DNA of 64,000 nt, from assembly GCA_002633005.1 (NCBI GenBank), contig NMRA01000027.1, positions 753,866-817,865 of the forward strand. The letters run 5' to 3'. The DNA is from Phoronis australis (taxonomy: Eukaryota > Animalia > Phoronida). This document shows positions 13,842 through 26,725 of the stretch, piece by piece. Under the pieces are notes generated by a model. That model made no database searches and was not told where the DNA came from. It saw nothing but the letters and a program-made list of their open reading frames with translations. The first letter of the stretch is position 1. Each line of letters opens with the position of its first letter. The translations under genes were made by a program, and so were the position numbers.

Positions 13842-14253
13842 GAAGAATAAGAATAAGAAGAATAAGAATAAAATTGAAGAAAACCCAGGAACAACAGTAC
13901 TCTGCGCTTACACGCGCAGAGTAATAAGAACAAGAATAAAATTGAAGAAAACCCAGAAACAACAGTACTCTGCGCTTACACGCGCAGAGTAATAAGAAGA
14001 ATAAGAAGAATAAGAATAAGAATAAAAGAATAAGAATAAAATTGAAGAAAACCCAGGAACAACAGTACTCTGCGCTTACACGCGCAGAGTAATAAAATTG
14101 AAGAAAACCCAGTAACAACAGTACTCTGCGCTTACACGCGCAGAGTAATAAGAAGAATAAGAAGAATAAGAATAAGAATAAGAATAAAAGAATAATAATA
14201 AAATTGAAGAAAACTCAGGAACAACAGTACGTGCGCTTACACGCGCAGACTAA
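13842..14253. repeat. Five tandem hairpin-plus-microsatellite units
   Basis: (aataag)n-aaattgaagaaaacccag-aacaacagt-ACTCTGCGC ttacac GCGCAGAGT occurs five times. The last copy is degenerate. Confidence 0.9.
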
Positions 14254-14439
14254 TATAGAATACACCAATCACAATCATAATAAGATGGCCAAGCTTTTCA
14301 GTTTCAAACAGTAATTACAGGAATTAATTGTTCATATGCCATGCTGGTGTAGAACAAACTATTTGACTCATTCTACCCAAAAATACAAACTACCAGGACC
14401 CTGAAAATAGGCAGACAGAATTTATAAACAATGGCTAAC

Positions 14440-17270
14440 TTGTAAACATTGCGCTACTCAGCGTCGTCGTCAACTAGGAGTGCATCTTCATCGTGGGTTT
14501 CGACCTTGACATAGAACCTTCTCCGCTGGGGTTGCCATTTGTTTTCACGTTGTAACCACAGCCACACGGTTGCTTCCTCCGCTGCTCTTACAGTAAACTT
14601 GAACATATCAGCTCGCCTAATGAAATACCCAGTAGCTTCGTCATCCACCACGTGCTACCTGCAATAAACGCTCGACATCCAACTTCTATGGGAAGACAGA
14701 AGCATTTCCAGCCATTCGCCGCACATTCCTGCAATAGCTCTACGTACTTCAGTAGTTTCCTCTCTTGAGCCTCCTGCATCCTAGTCTCCCACGGCACAGT
14801 TAACTCGATCAAAATCACTATCTTCTTGCTGTCTGCCCACAACACTATGTCTGGTCTTAACTGGGTTACTGCAATATGGCTCGGTAAGGAACCCCTAGTT
14901 ACCACATCCATCACCATCTTCCAGGCGGCAGCCATGCCTAGAATTCCTGAATCACACTTCTTAGTGTTGAACTGAATGAGTGCCTTGCCAGAGTTAGTCG
15001 CCTTCCTTCTCTCTAGTTCTAAAACATGTGCAATACACTTGAGAATCTTGTCATGGCGTCAAGTGTACTTCCCTGAAGTGAGAGCTTCTCTACAGCTTGA
15101 TAGAACGTGTTCTAAGGTACATATACATCGCTTATCACAGTCCCTGCAGCTGTCATCCTGAGTTTTGCCCCACGTTCGAAGATTGACAGATGTTGGGAGA
15201 GTGTCATATATGGAACCAAGTAAAAAACCCAATCTGAACTGGTCTGAAGACAGAAGGTCTTTACCAGTTATCCTTCTGCTGTTCACTCCTTTCCATGATG
15301 TCCATACACCCTGTTTCCTCAGTCCTACCGCTTCAGCATACCTTCTCTCATTCTCCTGAAATCTAACTTCGTCCAGAACCATTTTGCGCCTCTCTTTGCC
15401 TGTTGACGACTTCCACCTATTCCCCGGAACCATTCCCAATCCCTGTCTTCCATGACCGACGGTTCCCACGATGTCTTTATGCCGTAACCTGCTCTCTGCC
15501 TCTTCCACTGCTACAGCAGCCTTCCACTTTCTTCCACTCTCTCTGACCATCTCATCTCTCGAGTTCCGCAGAATCAGTAATGTTCTGCACTTTATTACCT
15601 TGAACTCCTCCACAATCGATGTCAATGACAGAGAAACTGTACATCCTTTGATGTATAAGTCGAGTCTTGCAAAGCTTGGTGGGACACCCACCTACTTTAT
15701 TTACCATCTGCTCACCATCCTTTCCATTTTTTCAGCAGTTGAAATTGAGAAATCGTACATTGCCAGTGGCCACATAATTTTAGGGAAAAGTCCAAAATGG
15801 TAACACCAGAATTTAAATCTGCCCGGGAGACCGCTCTTCTCAATCGTGATCAAATTGTTGTTCAGCTCTTTGATGGCTGCCTTTACATGCTCCACATCTT
15901 TCAAAGACCTGCTGTAGAACTTCCCTAAGTATTTGACTGGTTTTCTGCTCACAGATGGAATGGCCTCTGATCCTATCTTGAACGTATGGTGTGGGTTGAC
16001 TTGTCCCTTCACAATCACAAGGCTACGAAACTTCTCCACCTTGAAACTCATGCGTGCCCAATTAGCCAGCTCGCCTAGTGTCTTGACCACCCAAGCGGTA
16101 TCTACCGCAAACCCTGTTGTAATCGTCAAGTCATCCACAAATGCTCTACAAGGTGGCATCCTTTTACCCTGCAGCAAAGGTCCTCTGCACTCTTTACTAG
16201 CCCGCTTGATGATAACATTCATAGCCATGATAAAAAGGATGATCGATATGGTGCGCCCTGTCATTATCCCTTTCTCCAGCGTCTGCCAACCTGTAGTGAA
16301 GTCGTTGACTGTGAATCTCATATAAGTCCCATGGAAGTAACTCGTAATGAGATCTCGAAGTTCTCTGGGGATATGATAGGTCTCCATTGCCAATTCAATT
16401 AGTGCTTGGGGCATCGATCCATAGGCATTGCCATGTCCAACCATACCACTGCTAAACCTGTCTTGTTTTGCTTAGCATCTTTAATGACCTCTGTTATGGC
16501 GCTATTATACGCCAGACACCCTGCATATCCACGAATTCCACCCTTCTGTACCGATGCATCCACAAACTTGTTGCGCAGGAGATAACTCGTCATCCTGCTT
16601 GAAATGAATGCAAAAAATCTTTCTCTCTCTATATCTAAAAGCGAAATGGGACGAAAATCACCAATCTGATGGCTTCCTTCAACTTCAGGATATACACCCC
16701 TCTGCTTTACCCCAAGCACCAGGCAAAGTCTTCTGTCTCCATATAACTCTCAGAAGCTTCCACAGACGTTTCAACAGCCTTGGACACTTCTTATACACTT
16801 TATAAGGCGGACCCGATGGCCCTGGGGCTGACCCTGATCTTGACTTTTCTTTGACATTCTTCAACTCTGAGAACTTGATGTCACAAAATTCCAAGGCTAC
16901 ACTTGGTGCATCCTCAACGTCCAGCCAACCAAAGTCCGCCAACTCTACACTTCTGGCCCTGTCACTGTGTAAGTCCTTCAGATGGTTTTCCGGCTCCTCC
17001 TGAGTACACTTCAGACGTCCACTGGCCTCCTTCCCTAGAATGCCCTTTACAAACTTGAAAGGGTACGTAAGCAATAAACCTCTCTCTTGTACGTGCACGC
17101 TCGACTCTCTTCTTCCTCAGACGTTCAGCTTTGCTTAATATCAAAAGCCTAGCCCTTAACTCGAACCAAAGCTGCGCAAAACCTTCTTTCTCCTGTTGGA
17201 CAGCCTTCTTCCACAGCTTCTTTAGATGGCGCAATTCCTGCCTGATTTGAGAAATCTCTATCTGCCAATC
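14440..17270 (-). mobile_element. Degenerate, 5'-truncated RLE-type non-LTR retrotransposon (HERO-like)
   Basis: Frameshifted ORF pieces occur in order: FRPISLL, WLD/NAYGS, GIMTG, AFVDD, VKYLG, C..C...EHVLSSC, RHD, RPDIV, IELTVPWE, K..KY, PIEVGCR. Together these are RT, CCHC and a restriction-like endonuclease. Confidence 0.9.
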
Positions 17271-17906
17271 AGATCATTCAAAACCTGTCACGTGACCACT
17301 TCTCTCTTGAACTGCAAAACTCGAGTTGGTCAAAATAAGACTTTTTAACAAAATAAAACATGAAAAATGTCAAAATAAATTGGAACACATCAACGGCAAT
17401 TTAGAACATATTTGCAGTAACGAAAATAGCACTTTGTATCCCGTTTCGGCTGCAAGTAGAAAATCGGACTCAGGCCTAGCAACTTGGCAAGTACCGGTAC
17501 TGGAACGGGCTTGCACGTGGTCGTGGGATCTGAAACAAAATAATTTCATACATCAGTCACATCCCACGATTCAAATGCTATTACATTCCGAATCCAACGA
17601 ATTATCAGTTACGGTTGAATTTCCTTTCAGAAAGCCTTTTTCCTTTCTTGTGTTTCATCATTTTCAGGTGGTCCTCCAAGGCGATTCGGCCACGCACGCT
17701 GTAATTGTCCCTCTGTCAAAGTTTACAGAGCGCAAACCCTGATTTTTGTTGTTTGAAAACACATTGACTGTTTTTTATCCCTTTGTTCCATGAAATATTC
17801 TGTCAACGTCTACTCCTAGCTCCGCGCATTTTTGGCCGCAGAATCGCACTATTTGTCACCGCGATTTAACACCATATGCTGACGCCATCGATGAACCACG
17901 CTATTT

Positions 17907-18123
17907 CAGGTGCACCGGCAATTACGATTTTCGTTTCTCCAGAACTTAAAAAGCAGTTTCCGCTTTTCCAGTCGTCGGCAACGCCGCGGTAAGAAACCAA
18001 TTTGTCGTGGAAATTTTACGGCAAATCCGATTTTTCCGCGGAAATATAACAAAAATGAGCGGAGAACAAAGCGGAAAACCGTGTTTCCGCGGAAAATTCC
18101 AAGCATTCTAATGATGACCGCTG
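17907..18123. repeat. Putative MITE with repeated CCGCGG(AA) motifs
   Basis: CAG...CTG termini and several internal ttccgcggaaa-type motifs. It is single-copy in this window. Confidence 0.4.
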
Positions 18124-18695
18124 TAGTGGGAACCTGTGTTCACGAGCTTAGTGAAAGTATCGGAGACGCAATATTTTTGTTCTCAGTGACGTCTTTTACA
18201 TGAACACACATTCAAACTATGTCGCATCTATAAACCTTTCTGATGCTGCATTGTAATGGCGTTCACATTCTAGTGTGATTTTTTTCCAATATCTACCGCT
18301 GTATCTCACAACTTGAGAATGTACTCGTAGAAATATAATCTACGTCATAGACCTACAGACAAACAAAATGATTGGTTTAGGGGCGATGCTGTACACTGTC
18401 AAATCTATAAAATATATTGACGACAGTTTTTCTTTGACAGATACCTGGGTTCCACTCTTGAGGTAAACTATCGTCGATATATCTAACAGTTGTGATTGTT
18501 TGGGGTATAGCGCCTCTGATGGAAGTTTTTATTTTGTGACCGTCAGTCCCCCACGAGGAGCGCTGGTGTATAGGGCTATCAGATACACAGACGGTTGTTT
18601 CTCATTGGCGAATTGTTGGTTTACCGCGACTAGATTGTAAGTATGTGTTACGTCGACTACATAGAAAGAGCATGTAAATGTACCATTAGTTTTAA

Positions 18696-21600
18696 AGTGT
18701 ACACAACATGACTCTAGTACCTCAAAATAAATTTTATTATTATATCTTACTTGATTGCAGTGCCTTTAGTGCACAGCTCATAAAGAAACACGCAAAAATT
18801 GAAAAAATAATAATTATGTACAACGTCATGGGTTGAACCCAAGTCGTTCGCCATACAGTTCGGATCAGAGACAAAGTGTATAGAGTGAGGTGAAAGCAAA
18901 GTACATTTAGCGTCGAGAAGGTTCGTAGAGGGATCAAAAGATGTGTTTCCGGAGGTTGCAGCAACAGCAGCCAGGCAGAGAACGTCTCGGTGTTCCGAAG
19001 GACACCAAAGTTGCGCAGAAGTGGCATCGCTTCGTGCGCCGAACGAGAGTGTGGCCGTGGGACCTCATCGTGGACCAAGCGATTCGGTCCAGGGCCACTC
19101 TGTGTTCTGCCCACTTTGAGGACTCGTGTTTCGACTCCAGTCACAGGAGATGTTACGATGAAGGCCTGGTTCAATAAAGGACAATATTTATCATTCAGAA
19201 ACATTGGCCCTTCATTCAGGATTGTCTGTTGGATGACTGGGTTGACTCGCCGAGCCCGAGGCCGCTTCTCTAGCTCGCTGGAGGATCCAGTTCGTAAGGC
19301 TCAAAGTAGAAAAGTACGCAGACGGAAGCACATCAAACTTGTTCTCGCTTTCGTGCAACCCCATTTCCTCATCCTGGCCACCATTCCCGTACGTTTCTTC
19401 ATAGTATTCATTCAATTCTTGCTCATAATCGTCGTCGCTTTCGAAATTCACTGCTCTCCGCCATTGTTCAATGCTAGTCACTGATCTCTTGTGTTCAACC
19501 CATGACGTCACATGGCGGGAAATGTCATAACGCGAAGTTGTCGTGAGGACTCGATTGGGACCTCAGGGGTCTCACGCTCCACCGGCTAAATTGAAAAGGC
19601 TTTGTCCAGTCACGCGTTGTGTGTCATAAATCGAGATAATGATACCAACAGCTGACGCGACAAGCAGAACTACTTTCTTTTACTTCATTTGTGCACTAAC
19701 TGGAGAAATTTAGAATTAGACTTTTAAACACTATCCGATCGTCAACTTTTTTCGGGAGACTTAAATCTCAATGTAGTTTGCGCAAAGACGATGTGCAATT
19801 TTTGGAGGTGTATTGACGATGATCAACGTTAAAACGGAGAGTAAATAAGTGCGTAATTGATCATCCAATCGGTAGTTTTGCGAGAAAGCGACGACCTTGC
19901 CGAAATTGAATAACGGAAACCCTTGAAAATCATTATAAGCGAGAAAGAGAAAACAAATATTTTCTGACGTTTAGGCTCATTAACTTTGAGTAAACGAAAC
20001 GTCGCAAATATGTTCCGTCTTCTCTTGCGCGCTCAGTGTTATGGCTAAAAATCGAGTTAGGAAACATCTAGACTAAAATCTTGATGGTATCTTATTTTGC
20101 CAGCGACCATACACGGTATAAAAATGAATGAAAAGCTGAATTAGGCAAAACTTGACTTGCTGGAATTCTCGTCAAGGAACGCATAAATATCACCATCATC
20201 TTCATGTCAAAATTACCAACTAAAACTCGAGGGGGAGGGCACGAACCTTACATCCTGGTACGCGTTTTCGTTAACGAACTTCAAAAAATAGAGCATGGAG
20301 GAGTGTTTGAAAGAGCCAAAATCCATCCAAGTCGAAGTGGCCATAACGGAGCGATATGGAGATTTAAAATGACGTGATTTATCCATTTTTTCAGTTGCTG
20401 TGTACCTAAATGAACTGGCACAGAAAAAATGACTTAGGCCTACAGTACGATTTTCTGAAACGTACCTCAGCGAAATCGTCAAAGAAAAAAGCGCCACTTG
20501 CCACCTAAAACGGACAAAAACAACCAAAGCGCGCAACGCGTCGCTTACCTGAAAAAGTAACTCTTTCACTTGTTGTTTGTGGTTAAACATGTGATGTGTA
20601 CCCATATTTTTGGTCGTGGCACCCTACAACGGGCTACTACTTCAAATGACACGTATATATTGTCGATGTCAAAATTTAACTGCCCCACCGGTTCCCAGGG
20701 TTTCATGTTTTGTAATTTAAAATGATTGCATAAACTTAGGAATAAATGCGAATTACAGGCACTGCGTTCACAAAGAGTAAGAAAACAAAAACCCAGCGGC
20801 ATACGATCACCTCGCTTTAACAATGCATTGTGCGCATTCCACATAACTAGTAGGCCACTCTTCAGATTAGTGCTTGGGCAATGAAAATAAGTGTAAGATT
20901 TCGGAAGAGTGTAATATATATTGTACATGAGAATTTCAAACGTTAACATGACTAGTTGTTCATACTATGGGAAAAGCAATAAGGGACACAGGCACTAGCG
21001 ATGATAAACTCTTCAGTATAAATATTACATTTCACAGGATGAGCAAAACATGCACTAAGCACTGTTGAGATAACCTACCGAAATCTTTTTAACTAACAAT
21101 TATAAACTCTGCAATATAAACAATACACTTTATACAATGAACATGTAACAAATATACACACCCAAATAGTGTTACATGCAATCCCTGATGAGATCATCCA
21201 TAAGTATGAATCCCTCCATGTAAACAATAACTCACATGGTGAGCAAAATATTTAAAGTGGGACTTAACTACAACATAGAAACCTTCAAAATTTGTGTCAT
21301 AGCAGTACAAGGTTCTACTACTTGACAAAACACCATAAGTGATATAACTGCTGAGATCACTACCTTCACGAGGAAAAGTTATCAATATAATAATATGAAA
21401 CATGGGTTTGAGCAAAGTACCGGTAGGTGCACAATACTGCTATCCCTGGTGGAACCAGTCACTGAAAACCGCAATAAATTGCACACCTCACAAGATGACA
21501 ATAATATGTATACAAGAATTTGCTTTTCAAGATAACCATGTGGAAATGACAGGGTCATTGCAGAACTTGGTAAAAAATCTGCATTTCAGCCTAAAAAACA

Positions 21601-24600
21601 ACCATTTTCAAAACCACACCAGGAGTCACTGAATAAAAATACTAAAAAAGACAGTATGTAATTCATTTCTTGGGATGCAAACAATAACTATCCTAAACTG
21701 AAAAGATCAGTCATCCAAGGCTTGAAGAATATTCAAAATAGATACACTGGTTAAGCAATAAACTAGTAACAACAATAACGGAGACATGTCGCAATAAATA
21801 CATCCCTAGTTTTATAGGAGTAAAACTAGCATTTCAAGCTCAACAATGCCCATACAACACAAGCAGCTTACACATTTCCATAACCACACAGGCAATACTG
21901 GTGTGGTACATGAATGAGGTGCACACACTATGCATTCATACACATGTGAGTAGGACATTCTCACTGACCACAATGGTCAACAAAGCTGCATGCAGAATAC
22001 TACCCTGCTGGCATCTCAAAGCATTTGATATACATAGAACATTGGAAATGAGTGGAGGGCACACTAATAAATGCTCTGGTGGGGCCCTTAAATCCAGTAA
22101 GGTCATACGCTGTTCAGCAAAAAAAAAACAGCTTTTCAAACAAATTTCCAAACACAGTACAACACTTTCAAACACGATTAAGTGCCAAAAATACCGGAAT
22201 TGATACCTGGGCCCTGTCATTGATCTTTTTACAGGAATTGGAACTCGAAATTACGTTTGGAATTTTGTACTCTACTTTTGTGCGAACTTAAGACAGGTGG
22301 CTATTATCCTATGCTCCTATTAGTGTTAGTTTACAGTTGATAAACCCAAGAAGAATCCAGTACAATAAACTGGTATGTTATGAAATCCATTCTAGTTACT
22401 TCACGAAAAATAAGCAGAGCTTGGAATGAGCAATAACAAAAACAGCGGAGAAATTTCCAGCTGATGTATGATACACAAAAAATAGGTTTGGGTGATAGAC
22501 ATTTTTGGATGTAAAATTTACCTGAACTAAACATTTAATGAAGTCGAAAAAATCATAAAAAGAGGAAACTGGAAATCCAATCAGAGAAAATCGACACCAA
22601 AAAAGGAATTCCTCTTAAAAGACGGAAATCCCAAGCCCTGATCAAGTCTGTATTCTCCAGGCTTCAACGTGTACATAAATGCAACTGTCAAGCGGTATAC
22701 CTTCTTGAAATTGTCACGGCAAGCTCTCTGAAATGTAAACAGTCACAGTTTTGGTGGTGTGATTTTAAAACTTCTGGTGCTGATGACCTTGTGCACGTGC
22801 AGTAGTGTACCACAGCTTACACTCATGTAGTCAGAAGGTCACATCACTGTTTGGAAGGGCATCATTTTTTAGAGGGATTGTTGAGTGTTGCTCAATGCTC
22901 AGGACTCAGGAGTTTTGGGAAGCAGTTGAACGAATTAGAAACCAACGATGAAAACATTCATGAAAAGAAACCAAACCCCATAAAACGCTTTAATGAGTGG
23001 TTCGAAAAAGAGGAGATAAAAGTACATGTGCACTGTCAAGCAAGAGCTGCATGATAGTAAGAAAAGGTTCAACAAGTGAAATACAGTTTACTCACTGGTA
23101 AATATTAAACTAAGCAATCAGGGTGTAGACTGGACTGGATTATTTTGTAAACAAAAGTCAAGAGTGAACAATAGGGCCAGGTGTGCAGGACTAAGGGTTA
23201 AGCTAGTACTGGTATGCAGAATACAATGGCTTATCAATATATTATGTCATCAAATTCAGTCAACAGAGAGTGCACTATGGCAAGGGGGTTGGGGGGATCT
23301 ACAGAAAACAATGAAATGAAACATAAACAAATGTAAAGAAATGAGAACAAGGTAACAAAGACACGGCTGAAGATTGCTGTCTCCACCTCTTATTAATAAA
23401 ACTTAAATGGTAATTTAAAACAATGGCTTGACATTATTTCATTTGCGAACACCATTCCAAAAATTCTGGATCTGCCACTGGCATTGAAAATCCCGGAATA
23501 CCAATTCAATCCGACAACATCGGACTTGTTACAGTAAATCTACTTCACAAAGAACAAACACAACATTGAAGGCACCATGGTATATTCGCTCAGACGTTTA
23601 TCTTTCACTAAGTAACAATGTTTCTCTGACTTTAAATGTGGTAGATGTACATAGTCTGTAATTTCATGAACACAAAATCCCACGCAAACACGGTATACTT
23701 TATCTATACAGCCAACAGCATCATGCGAGCATAAGGGATGACAAAAAAATACTTACGTTTTTCTTCACCAGGTCCAGGTACCGAGCCCGACGTAGTCGAT
23801 CGGCTCAGCCTCTCACGAATCACGGCTCGACGAGCTGGTCAAACTCAGACGGCCATCCAGGAAAACCGACGTGAATTCCCAGCGCTGTCATTTACTCCCC
23901 GCTCAATTGCTTCCTTCCAATGGCCGTTTTCGTCAACTGCCTGCATTTTCTGTCCATCTTCCATTTTGAAACGGCTACTTTTGAATTGAGAGCAAAAACA
24001 ACAACACAGCCATCCTCACGTGTTGGCCGGACTCACTACTCACCACCATGCGCGAGTTAGGTCCTTATAGACATGTTCACCAAAATGAAACTGCTGTTTT
24101 CTTGTTAAAATATAGAGTACGATTTTACTTACATTTTGATAATTTACCATGCAAATAGTTTAAAAATGACAATTATAAGTCGATTTTGACGTCTTCCTTT
24201 GTTGACAGTGAAACCGCATTACCGCGTAGTAATCTTGTGTGACGATTCTCTGAGTGTGCAGGGCTAGCCTGGACTGAAAGTGAAATATCTCGGCCAAAAC
24301 TTCATCGATTTTCGTGGGAGAAAAACGCTTGTTTTCAGAATTTTACGAGGAATTTGTTGATGAATCTTTTACATGTTATTGAAAAAGGCGAAAACACAAA
24401 CGCGCGAGTCATATTTCTTCAGGCAGCCCTTAGCGGCTTCACGGGCAATAAAATGTAATCGACCGAATAGATTCGTCGACCACAGATTTACCCTGTGGTT
24501 TTTCCGCTTGATCCCAGACCGCCCCGAGTTGCTCCAGCATCCATCTCGGGGCGGTCTCTCACGAGGGTTTAGCGTTATGGAAAATTGGCAAAATTGAAAG

Positions 24601-24722
24601 AAAAATCAAAATTTCGAGCTAATTATACAAAATAAACATGGGTTTAGCTAAATTTTACGTTATACATTTAGTCTGTGGCCACCGGTAATTCAAAATGTGC
24701 AAAAATCCATGTTGTGTACTGT
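18696..24722. mobile_element. Putative 6-kb Kolobok-derived element
   Basis: TTAA|AGTGTACACAACATG ... CATGTTGTGTACTGT|TTAA gives a 13/15 TIR with a TTAA TSD. A THAP remnant lies just inside the left end. Confidence 0.55.
18938..19140 (+). pseudogene. THAP domain pseudogene
   Basis: RCVSGGCSN..VSVF/PKDTKVAQKWHRFVRRTR..ATLCSAHFEDSCF shows the C2CH THAP signature with one frameshift. Confidence 0.75.
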
Positions 24723-25009
24723 TTAAATGCTGGCCGAGTGGGGACAGAGCGAAGGGTGTGAGTAGACCGAACTAAATTATCAATTTAGTGGATAGACAAT
24801 CTGAGTGATGTTTGCCGTAAGTCAGCGGGTGGTTATAAGCACCTGTAAGCTGCTAATTCAGCTCAAGTTGTTCATGACTGATCAATAGTCTCCAGCATTT
24901 TTAACCGAAATAGGCCATTTTCTACATATCGAGTAGTGATACTATCTACTTTCTATAGTTTTTCCGGCCATGTTGTATGAACAATTGGCCGAGAAGAGAG
25001 CATATGGTA

Positions 25010-25283
25010 TGCCCACGCGCGCGCACCCAGCCTATAATATAGGGGGGGAGCTCGAATTTTTCATTATGCAGACCTTTTACTGAAAGAAACGAGGACAAAA
25101 AACCGGGGGCCACTAGGTTCAGGCCCACGAATTGTGCGTCCGCCCGACTTCCCGTGGATTTTGTGAACTTGTCTCGTTTACTCGGACTTGTGTTTCACTG
25201 AGGCGGACCTTTTTGTCCAATTCGCCAAATTGGGAGGCTCGTTCGAGTCCCCCGAGCCCTCCCCCCCCTTGTGTGCGCCCATG
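25010..25283. repeat. Dispersed MITE-like repeat, copy 2
   Basis: Inverted homolog of 3625-3862. Confidence 0.65.
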
Positions 25284-25630
25284 TGTCCAGTACGTATAAC
25301 GCTGTTCACGAGGATGACAGGACCAAGACTGAGATTTATTTATGTCAATGGCATGAGCATTCTTAAAGGCGAAGGCAACATTTTTCCTGTCATTTTGAGC
25401 TAAAATAAGGTTGGTTGGTTATCCCAGACATATTTTCCACTTAATTACAGCTTTTCGTAATTTTGTTGATTACTCGTCCGCTACACTGGAAGTGACGTTT
25501 TAGGAGGCAAACATTTCGCGCCAATTTCTTTTCATATAGTCTGACTGTGAGAGCTGCCGACTCAGTCATTGTTCTACCTCGGTTGTGTTAAGTTCCGTCG
25601 TCGTTTGCTTTCATTTACTAGTCAGTCAAC

Positions 25631-26083
25631 ATGCCACACTGTTGCTGCGTACTGGGATGTACTATTTATCGTCTCACGTGCGCTTTGGGAGTACCTTTGC
25701 ATCGCTTTCCGATGGATGACAAACTTCGCCGTACTTGGCTCGTTCGTGTGAAGAGCGCAGCGTTACCCGTCCACGCAACGTACAAAGCAGTCGAGAATTA
25801 CCGTGTGTGTGGCAAACACTTTCTGTCGTCCGATTACGAAAGGGATTTGTACGCTGAACTGATGAAGGTCCCTGCGAAACAACGCCTGAAGCAGGATGCC
25901 ATTCCATCTGTGTTGATTCCAGGCAGTGCCCCGTCGCCACCCCCAAGATGTGCGTATTTGAAGCGAGAAGCCTCGCGAGCTGTGGCCAGTACAGTGACTG
26001 GAGCCAGTGGAGGCACTTCATCTACTGTCACCCGTGCCTCCGAACGTACCCCAGAGCGTGCCATTCCTGGAACCAGTAAGTGA
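25631..26083 (+). CDS. THAP zinc-finger N-terminus of the Kolobok transposase
   Basis: MPHCCCVLGC..LHRFP...W...RVCGKHF..DY...LKQDAIPS is a complete THAP signature. Confidence 0.85.
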   Translation: MPHCCCVLGCTIYRLTCALGVPLHRFPMDDKLRRTWLVRVKSAALPVHATYKAVENYRVCGKHFLSSDYERDLYAELMKVPAKQRLKQDAIPSVLIPGSAPSPPPRCAYLKREASRAVASTVTGASGGTSSTVTRASERTPERAIPGTSK

Positions 26084-26089
26084 TTCGCC

Positions 26090-26420
26090 CTGTGCTGTTT
26101 TCTCCAGCCCAGAGCCTCTAAGCAGCCCTGCAGCGATATTGAGTAGTGGGAGTGATTACAGGCCCAGTTCGACACCCAGTGAAGAGGACAGTTCGTCGTC
26201 CAGTGAACAGATCGGTGAGCCAAACTTTGATAAGTTTATTGTGGACTTGTCTAAAGTGTTGGAGCTATTTAGAAGGTGCCAGGTGTGTGGCGAGGGAGTC
26301 ACACGACACGATGTAAGCAGTTTGGGTGCTCAGGTCACCATCCAGTGGGAGTGTGTCGCGGGACACTCTGGCAAGTGGGACAGTTGTTCCTCTGTCCGTG
26401 GTATGCCGGAGGTCCACTTA
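26090..26420 (+). pseudogene. Kolobok transposase middle fragment
   Basis: KFIVDLSKVLELFRRCQVC...G..V...C..GH...W.S matches the C2CH region ahead of the DDE core. The catalytic core is deleted. Confidence 0.7.
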
Positions 26421-26725
26421 ACCATGTCCAGTAGTGGCTTGGCCTCGTCGAACTCTGAACAGCACAAGCATTCCATTGAGGTAGGCATAACAACGCACAC
26501 AGTGCATTTGCACCAAGATGTGTCACCACGTCTGTCCTCAGTAGCCGCCTCGTTTCTCTCAACAGCTGCCTGTGCCTGTGCGTACTCTGCCTCGTTATAC
26601 TCGGGCTCAAACATGTACCCACCCACTGAATGTCCGTGAAAAAATTCCTCGTCACCACTGCTGTGAACAAGGTCTCCGTCACTCACACTACTGTCACTGT
26701 GATACGGGTCACCGACTCCAGCCAT
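26420..26725 (-). pseudogene. KolX-like protein, 5' part (P2X7 C-terminal ballast-like Cys cluster)
   Basis: YMFEPEY...RRGDTSWCKCTVCVVMPTSMECLCCSE matches WC.C..C..M.T..EC.CC.E. Confidence 0.75.

Larger units (their letters stand above)
12679..14253 (-). mobile_element. Non-autonomous Helentron/Helitron2-type element (HINE/DINE-1-like)
   Basis: SubTIR ACTCTGCGCGTG (12714-12725) pairs with CACGCGCAGAGT at the far end. Stem-loop TTATTGTCAC-GGC-GTGACAATAA (12688-12710) lies beside the CTAG/T-run end. There are internal ~430-bp tandem units and an (AAGAAT)n microsatellite. Confidence 0.75.

Noticed and set aside
13777-14118. Lys/Asn-rich and hydrophobic ORFs
   Set aside because: They are translations of the microsatellite array.
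13842-14253. CRISPR-like array of palindromic repeats
   Set aside because: The spacers are (AAGAAT)n microsatellite rather than unique sequence, there are no cas genes, and the context is eukaryotic. Helentron-type termini explain it.
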